A stretch of DNA of 63,936 nt, filler included, from Mitosporidium daphniae (taxonomy: Eukaryota), in NCBI RefSeq assembly GCF_000760515.2. It is 5 parts of 5 records of this genome, joined end to end, with 100 filler letters (N's around TTAATTAATTAA, not from the genome) between each part and the next. Parts side by side here need not be neighbours in the genome. Positions count along the whole stretch, not along the records: positions 43,725 to 57,819 come from NW_013546710.1; positions 57,920 to 63,936 come from NW_013546627.1; 3 more parts are not named here. The stretch is one strand, 5' to 3'. Positions 57,504 to 63,936 of this stretch are shown piece by piece (the stretch's first letter is position 1; each line of letters opens with the position of its first letter). The position numbers were made by a program, and so were the translations under genes. The notes beneath the pieces were generated by a model. The model made no database searches, was not told the origin of the DNA, and saw only the letters and a list, made by a program, of their open reading frames with translations.

Positions 57504-57819
57504 ATGAGCGTTCAAAAGCTTTTACTTCTTGTAGTTTTCCTTGTATTTTTTGCTCTCCCCTCACTGCAACATGAAGGGCTAGATCAAACCGAAGATGAAC
57601 GACAAGATTCTGGGACTTTGCATGATATAATTCGTGATCACCCTTCTAATGTTCCTAGTACACAAGATAGAATTTTGAATCATATGTATGATATTCTGGC
57701 TAGGGCGACGACTGAGATGGGTGAGAATTTTGATAGGGCGAGGACTGAGATGGGTGAGAATTTTGATAGGGCGAAGACTGAGATGGGTGAGAATTTTGAT
57801 AGGGCGAAGACTGAGATGG
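57504..57819 (+). CDS. Secreted protein with 11-aa tandem repeats, 3' truncated
   Basis: Signal peptide MSVQKLLLLVVFLVFFALPSLQ; TATAAA about 40 nt upstream; (RAKTEMGENFD)n. Confidence 0.8.
57701..57819 (+). repeat. 33-bp coding tandem repeat, at least 3.6 copies, running into the gap
   Basis: TAGGGCGA[CGA]GACTGAGATGGGTGAGAATTTTGA. Confidence 0.95.
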
Positions 57820-57919
57820 NNNNNNNNNNNNNNNNNNNNNNNNNNNNNNNNNNNNNNNNNNNNTTAATTAATTAANNNNNNNNNNNNNNNNNNNNNNNNN
57901 NNNNNNNNNNNNNNNNNNN
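57820..57919. other. Artificial contig linker
   Basis: N44-TTAATTAATTAA-N44. Confidence 0.98.
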
Positions 57920-58917
57920 AATTTACTGCCATGAAGGCAATAAAAACCACGGTAAAAGGCACAATTAAAATGATCGCCATTAAGATGGCGAAATGCTGAA
58001 TGAAAGGCATTATGACTTTGGCAAGGATGCCACGTATAATCTTGATAATCTGGCAGACGGAGCCTCTGTAGAATTGCTCCGATAACCTCGCGTTAGCATT
58101 GATTTCATTTAGTAGTTCTGTAGCGGCGACTTTCCTTTTCATAAAGTTTCCATAGGCATAACCAAAACCTCGAATAAATTGCCGCATATTCTCTGAAATA
58201 GTATGCCCAAACGTAAGGTCAGAAAGAAGCGCCTCAATCAACTTGAAAGTATTTGAAAAGACCGAGATATCCTTAAAATCTAGTTAAAAGAGCTAAAAAG
58301 GTCTCCAGATTCTTTATCTGCTGCTCTCTACGCTTTCTCGCTATTTTTTCTGTATTGATTGGCTCTATCCTGAATTTTCAAGACCATCCAGATAATAGGC
58401 GCGAAGCTCAAAATCCGATTCTTTCCATATTCTGAAGATGCGTTCTGTATTCCTCGTCATAACATCAGTTTCGTCAGGATATTCGTATTTGCAAATTGAA
58501 TGTCAACAGCCAGTGCTTCGCTAATGCTTGCTTCAAGCTGATCTAGATCTTCAGTACGAGAGAAAAAATCTTGTGAATTTTTTGAAATTCGAGGCCTTTA
58601 TCGAAAAGATTTGTTGCTCCTTCAATCTTGACTTTCATTTTCCTGTAAGATTTGCAAGGAGATCTATTTGCCTCTGCTAATGATTTTTTCTCCATTTGTT
58701 TTGAAGTGGAAAAAACTATGCTAGATGATGGTATCTGCAGGATGATCAAAATATATGACGTATCCTTCAATTTTGAATTATACTTGACACAATATTTTTC
58801 CACTGTGTCCTTATATCTCGCAATTTCATAATTCAGAATGAAAGCAAAATTGATGGCACTCGGACTTTCTCCCACGCTATATATGACTCTAAAATAAAGA
58901 AAAAATACAATGTGCAT
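57920..58917 (-). pseudogene. Disrupted helical membrane-protein gene
   Basis: Two protein-like ORFs (58543-58917 and 57920-58241) separated by a stop- and frameshift-containing segment; TM helix at the contig edge. Confidence 0.4.
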
Positions 58918-59051
58918 TTATGAGCGCTTTGAATTCTCAAGATAAGACCAGGGACATTAAAGACATTTCAAGGTGTCCAATAAATCAAGGTTTGGCGATA
59001 TGCTGAAAAATTAGATGAAATTTTAATTAAAATCTGCGGACTGCCAGGCCA

Positions 59052-59675
59052 ATGTCTACGTTCTATTGTTCATGTATGTGAATTTCACCATCTCTACCCA
59101 TAGTGTGTTCCTTTCCAACTGAAGTACAGTCGATTTATGGGTTACTTTAGTATTGCGAGTTTGGACCGACACCCTTACGGTGTGCTCAGCAAAATCAGCT
59201 GCAGGTGCCCGTTGAGGGAGGAATTTCCTCCTCATCCGAAGAGGTTCTCGCTCCTGCCCCCTTTGACATTGAAAAGCAGACAAAAAAAGAGGCACAAAAA
59301 ATTGAGAAAGAGCGTAAGCGCTTGGAAAATCTCCGTGTTCGCATAAAAACAGCCAAGAAAATAGGAAACAAACTAGCAACGCATCTTTCCGGTGTCGCTG
59401 CCTTTGGTATGTGATTGTAGAATTTATTTTCCTCTTTTCGCTTACGTTTCTTGTGGATATTAATGTCTGTTTTCATAGGTGTCGATATGAAGAAGCTTTC
59501 AAAGGCACTTTCACACCGCTTTGCATGTGGATGCTCTGTCACCAAAGGACCCACAGGCGAAGACGAAATAATTATCCAAGGTGATGTGGCATCAGAGACA
59601 CTTTCCTTTCTCACAACAAATCCAGACTGGAAGGACATCTTTCTTGCCTCTCAGATTGAAATAAAAAGCAAATAA
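59052..59675 (+). CDS. TMA22: Translation machinery-associated protein 22 / density-regulated protein (SUI1 domain), 3 introns
   Basis: Spliced MSTFYCSLCSFPTEYCEFGP; IGNKLATHLSG; FACGCSV; EIIIQGDV. Confidence 0.9.
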
Positions 59676-59895
59676 GTACCTTGAGATCAACGGGTTAAAC
59701 ACACAACTCGATCGTGTCCTACAATCCATACGACATGCCACGGTCTGCTGGAGAGATTTGTCAGAAGATTGATTAACAAGTCTATCAAAAGGCAAGTTTA
59801 CCAGAGGATTGACTGGATGCGCATGTAAGGATCAATTCGAGATCACACCAAGTGCGAGACCCGAGTCATCATAATTTTCAAAAATCAGCGTCGCT

Positions 59896-60580
59896 ATGAA
59901 AAACATCATTCGAAGGTCGAGGATTTCCTGGTCGTCGAAAAGGGGCTCCAAGTCTTCTTTCGATGGGGAGCAAACTCTCGGCCAAAACGATGATGCCAGC
60001 GTGCTGGAAGAGGACACCAGGGCCTTTTCATCCTCGTCATCCTATCAAGATGCTGTTCTTGTTGAAATTAGCTTAAATTGGACGCAGGACGAGGAGAGAC
60101 TTGTGGAGGCTTTTTGTTCCACCAAGGAAGAGGAAGACAATCAGCAGCAAATGCACCCTGAAAATAATTCCTCGCTCTTCATCGAGTCGTCAATTGTTGC
60201 CACTCCACATCCCCGTTCCCAGAATTTCAGATCCAACCCCGGTGCGATGTCGCAAACCTCATTTGATCCGACAGGCTTTATCGTCACAGAATACTCTTCT
60301 GCGTCGATGAGAGAAATTACGGCCGATCTTTTACACTTGGATGAGGATATTGACGCGAACATCTCAATCCTAAAGTCTGTGGTTAAACGAAATGTCGACC
60401 TCTACTTGTCAGCATTCAGCATTTTGCAAGAATTGCACTCATTGCGAATAAAGACGGACACATTCCTTACTCTCGGATCATCCCTGAAAGGTATAATACT
60501 CGGTTTATCGTTTATTTTCTATAGAATTGGAACGGAAAATAGCCACAATCACCTTGCCAACGCTTGAAAAGTTAAAATGA
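59896..60580 (+). CDS. Short protein with Vps51/Sec5/Exo84-type N-terminal CATCHR coiled-coil region
   Basis: FDPTGFI...LDEDID...LKSVVKRNVDLYLSA; a final micro-intron leads to TGA 60578-60580. Confidence 0.55.
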
Positions 60581-61046
60581 GAGCCGATCCAAACATCTAA
60601 AATGTTACATGTTCACTTCAGTGAGGTTAAATATCAGCAGCGACAGTAGGAGTAGCAAATATAAATAAAGTACATCATAAATGAGCATTGATCATCATCA
60701 TACCTAGTAGAGTTAGTGTGTCAAAGATCTTGGTGATATGGTTTTAGTCATCACAAACAATATGAAGTAGCAAATATTCAATCGTCATCATCCACAAACT
60801 ACCTACCTTTGTCAAAGAAAAGTTGGGAAACCCCATTGAATTTATACGCTACCGTGCAAGATGCGAAGTTTCAAATTTACGATAAATTTAAATTTCAACA
60901 TTTAACCAATGGATCAAAAATGGACAATTGACGAATGAAAAATTTCAACTAATTGTATTGGAAAATGATCGACCCACTTAGCGTCATTTCCGCCTCTGAA
61001 GATGGCATCAAAAGTTCTTTCGTTTCACTTGAATTTTTTTGAATGA

Positions 61047-62060
61047 ATGAAGTCGAGCCTATTTACTCGTAAGGACAGAATCGACGTGACGACCAGCGGC
61101 TCCTTCGAGGAAATTATGCCCAACAATGATGACTCCAGGGACCATTGCCATCATCATCATCATCACCAAAACCACCATAATATCTTCCACCATAGGGGAA
61201 TCCATAGCAATTCTATTTCAAGCCCGGCTTCGGCTATTGACATCCTTCTAACCTCGCCTTCGCCAAAATCAGCCGTATTGGTACATCCACCGTTACGGGG
61301 GTCCTCAAGCAGGTTAGCAGGAGAGGGATGTCGATCGACACCTTCCATAGTCGGGTCCTTTTCCAGCCTGTCCACATCATTGGCTTCGTCCTCTTTATTT
61401 GGAGGGTTGATGGAAGATGATGCCACCATTATAATCCGGTCTTCCGCTTGGTTTCTCAAGGGGCGATCTCGGTCTTATCATGATGATGAATTCTTTATGC
61501 GAATGGCAAAGGTCGCGCAAGCAGTGATGCCACTATTGCTTGCATCATCAAACAAGTTTCTTGATTTGACAAAAAGTGCCTCCCTTTCAATGGCAACTGA
61601 GAGGTCTAATCCGGAGAACTCTTCAGAGCTTGCTATTCCGCGAAAAAGGTACAGCCGAGAATTTGAACTCTTCATCTGCAATATACTCAAAAAAACCGGG
61701 CTTTCGTCTTTGGTTTTGCTGCTGGCTCTAAAATATATCCATCGCCTTCGACTTGCATATCCAGGAGTCTGCCCTACATCTGGATCCGAATACAGACTGT
61801 TCTCTGTTGCAATGATTCTTGCCAACAAGTATTTGGAGGACCGTACCTTTACAAACAAGACTTGGGCATCTCTAACTGCGATGCCCATTTCGGAGGTTAA
61901 TATTATGGAGCGCGAGTTTTTGACAATTCTTGACTTCAACCTCGGTGTTAATGAGGTCGAGTTTTCGAGTTGGATATCCGCCATTGAAGGCTTTTTGAAG
62001 GAGCTTGGGACCCCCTCGTGGCCGCCTGAGGATCTATCTGCTATCAGCGCGCGTAGCTAA
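61047..62060 (+). CDS. Pho85-type (Pcl/Clg1-like) cyclin
   Basis: LLLALKYIHRL, SEYRLFSVAMILANKYLEDRTFTNKTW, EVNIMEREFL; N-terminal His tract. Confidence 0.9.
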   Translation: MKSSLFTRKDRIDVTTSGSFEEIMPNNDDSRDHCHHHHHHQNHHNIFHHRGIHSNSISSPASAIDILLTSPSPKSAVLVHPPLRGSSSRLAGEGCRSTPSIVGSFSSLSTSLASSSLFGGLMEDDATIIIRSSAWFLKGRSRSYHDDEFFMRMAKVAQAVMPLLLASSNKFLDLTKSASLSMATERSNPENSSELAIPRKRYSREFELFICNILKKTGLSSLVLLLALKYIHRLRLAYPGVCPTSGSEYRLFSVAMILANKYLEDRTFTNKTWASLTAMPISEVNIMEREFLTILDFNLGVNEVEFSSWISAIEGFLKELGTPSWPPEDLSAISARS

Positions 62061-62167
62061 TAAACTCCTATTCAAACTTACAGGCTATTAAAAGATTCCT
62101 ACCATTGGGCTCATTTCGGGTTGCAATTTAAGTTTAAACTCCTGAGTGATCATTTTGATTTGAGGGT

Positions 62168-63637
62168 ATGCAATTTTTGATGATGGAGTCGAGCGATTGC
62201 CATGCGGCGGCTGCCTCGAAGGCTCCAATTGCCAAACTGTACTCTTCAATCTTTGGGCAAGATCTCTCTTGTCCGAAAATGGGGCTTTCTTTGAATCCCT
62301 CATCTTATGCTCTGGAAACATCCATTAATCCCGAACTTGTTTCGAAGTTTGACAGTACCTTTAATATGCCGCCTCCATCTTCTGAGTCGGCTAAATCCAC
62401 TATCTCTGAAGCTACAGACATTTCGCTCAAATTTAAAGATTGTTATGGAAATAAATCTTGCGAGCATGAATGGAATACCACGAGGTACAGGAATTTACAT
62501 CCGCCTCGACTAGCTTTCCATTCTAAATATATTGCGCATCCAACGACCAGTGAAGATCTTGAACGTCAATGCCCATATTTTTCGAATTTTAGCCATTCTA
62601 TGGATGAGAAGCAAAGTGTCACAGATGAACTTGATCTTGATCTTGATCTTGAGTTTGAGTTTGAGTTTCTATCACTTGAATGTGCGAAAAGTCGTAGATT
62701 TGTTGGGGATATCTCAGGCATCAAATTTCCACACTTCCACTCGGCATATAAAGATTGGGTTGACATTTATTTTGCGTCCATCGAGCCCCTTTTGAGTGAA
62801 TCTGATTACAAGTGGATGCAAAATTCCTCTTCGCTGCCCCAAAAGCTTTGGATCCATAAGGAATGCTTTTCTGGCGGCGGCCTCGGCTATTCATCTATGG
62901 CCATGGAAACCCTGGGTACAACTACTTATGACGACCCAATATGCGGTTCTGAAAAATTGCGCTTATTTTGCAGCTTTTATAATGATGGCAATGAAGGAGA
63001 CGCTTTGGCAATCATGTTTTCCAACCCCATCGGTCGTACATTTGCGGATCTGCTTGATGAAAACATAGGTGCCGCACCTACAAATGCTCTTGAGCCTCCC
63101 ATTCTTTCCTTGGCAGCTCTTTTATACAATCATAACTACAACCATGAATGTTTCCAATCAATTTCCTTCTACATCTCATCAGCACTTCCTTCGTTGGTTC
63201 TTGATGGTTCTGAACATGCTATCCAGTCACTTATTATCCAGATCATTAAAGCAGTTCAGCATCCTATGGATGCTCAAGTATTTTGTAATGTACAAAAATG
63301 CCTCTCATTACTATTGCTAATGATTGGAAAACCTCTCCTAGCCTTAGATTGCCTCATATCTGGAAGAAACGCATCCCAAAATGTGGATCCTATCTTAACT
63401 TCACGAATATGTGCGCTTATTAGGATGATACTACTAAGCACTGATGGAACAAATCCTCTTTTTAGAGATTTGTCCAAGAGCGACTTTGCCTCTATAATGG
63501 CGATTTGGAATTCAATTCGAGCGCACATTAAATCAGATCTGGCATCTGAACATTGCAAATCATTTGCGCTGGCGAACGTTAATTTCGAACTTTTATTAGA
63601 AACTGAACAAGCTTTGAAAGGCCGCTGTATTGGTTAA
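62168..63637 (+). CDS. Hypothetical protein
   Basis: 489-aa ORF with helical C-terminal half; no family recognised. Confidence 0.7.
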   Translation: MQFLMMESSDCHAAAASKAPIAKLYSSIFGQDLSCPKMGLSLNPSSYALETSINPELVSKFDSTFNMPPPSSESAKSTISEATDISLKFKDCYGNKSCEHEWNTTRYRNLHPPRLAFHSKYIAHPTTSEDLERQCPYFSNFSHSMDEKQSVTDELDLDLDLEFEFEFLSLECAKSRRFVGDISGIKFPHFHSAYKDWVDIYFASIEPLLSESDYKWMQNSSSLPQKLWIHKECFSGGGLGYSSMAMETLGTTTYDDPICGSEKLRLFCSFYNDGNEGDALAIMFSNPIGRTFADLLDENIGAAPTNALEPPILSLAALLYNHNYNHECFQSISFYISSALPSLVLDGSEHAIQSLIIQIIKAVQHPMDAQVFCNVQKCLSLLLLMIGKPLLALDCLISGRNASQNVDPILTSRICALIRMILLSTDGTNPLFRDLSKSDFASIMAIWNSIRAHIKSDLASEHCKSFALANVNFELLLETEQALKGRCIG

Positions 63638-63851
63638 TCGTGCATGTCAAAATTTAAAAAAGATAATTAATTTAGAGCTGACCAATGCAAACACATTTTT
63701 TGCTTCGTGCCTATCAACCTGCCGAGGCTACTGGAAAGCATCCAATAGAATTTTGAATTTTAATGAGTTTTAGTTAAAAAAATCGCACCAATCAACGTAA
63801 TTACTAGGGTATTTAAGCGGGGCGCTTTTGACTTTAGCTTCATATTACAGC

Positions 63852-63936
63852 ATGAACTCTACAACGTCATCCTCATCAAAGTCACGCATCATTGTATCCG
63901 TTGCTGTCATTGCGCTGATCGTGCTGATTGGCATTC
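63852..63936 (+). CDS. Start of a signal-anchor protein running off the window
   Basis: MNSTTSSSSKSRIIVSVAVIALIVLIGI. Confidence 0.5.
   Translation, partial: MNSTTSSSSKSRIIVSVAVIALIVLIGI

Noticed and set aside
57701..57819. 33-bp repeats as a CRISPR array
   Set aside because: No spacers; it is an in-frame coding repeat.

Overview
Eukaryotic, gene-dense DNA with many very short (about 23-34 nt) GT-AG introns. It comes from an opisthokont that still has a respiring mitochondrion (SDH1, PGS1, mtIF3) and PEX16. This fits an early-diverging microsporidian/Rozellomycota parasite such as Mitosporidium (inference, not verified). The window is five unlinked contigs joined by 100-nt N44-TTAATTAATTAA-N44 linkers, apparently sorted by size, so adjacency across gaps is artificial. 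Contigs 1-3 and 5 are mostly housekeeping: tRNA-Ser, NUDT21, sterol acyltransferase, condensin H, SDH1, DBP3, KMO, AOS1, G-gamma, NFX1, TPS1, a SNAPC5-like gene, PGS1, ASNSD1, PEX16, TAD3, TAF12, RPL13/RPS16, DED1, SEC27, TMA22 and a Pcl cyclin. Contig 4 (43725-57819) is accessory. It holds an intronless DUF3638/DUF3645-type SF2-like NTPase with a C-terminal membrane anchor, a decayed and split paralog of it, a secreted 11-mer-repeat protein, and a secreted six-repeat Ig-like protein whose mature N-terminus carries the strands missing from its last repeat (candidate donor-strand polymer). Intron boundaries and family calls were made by eye.
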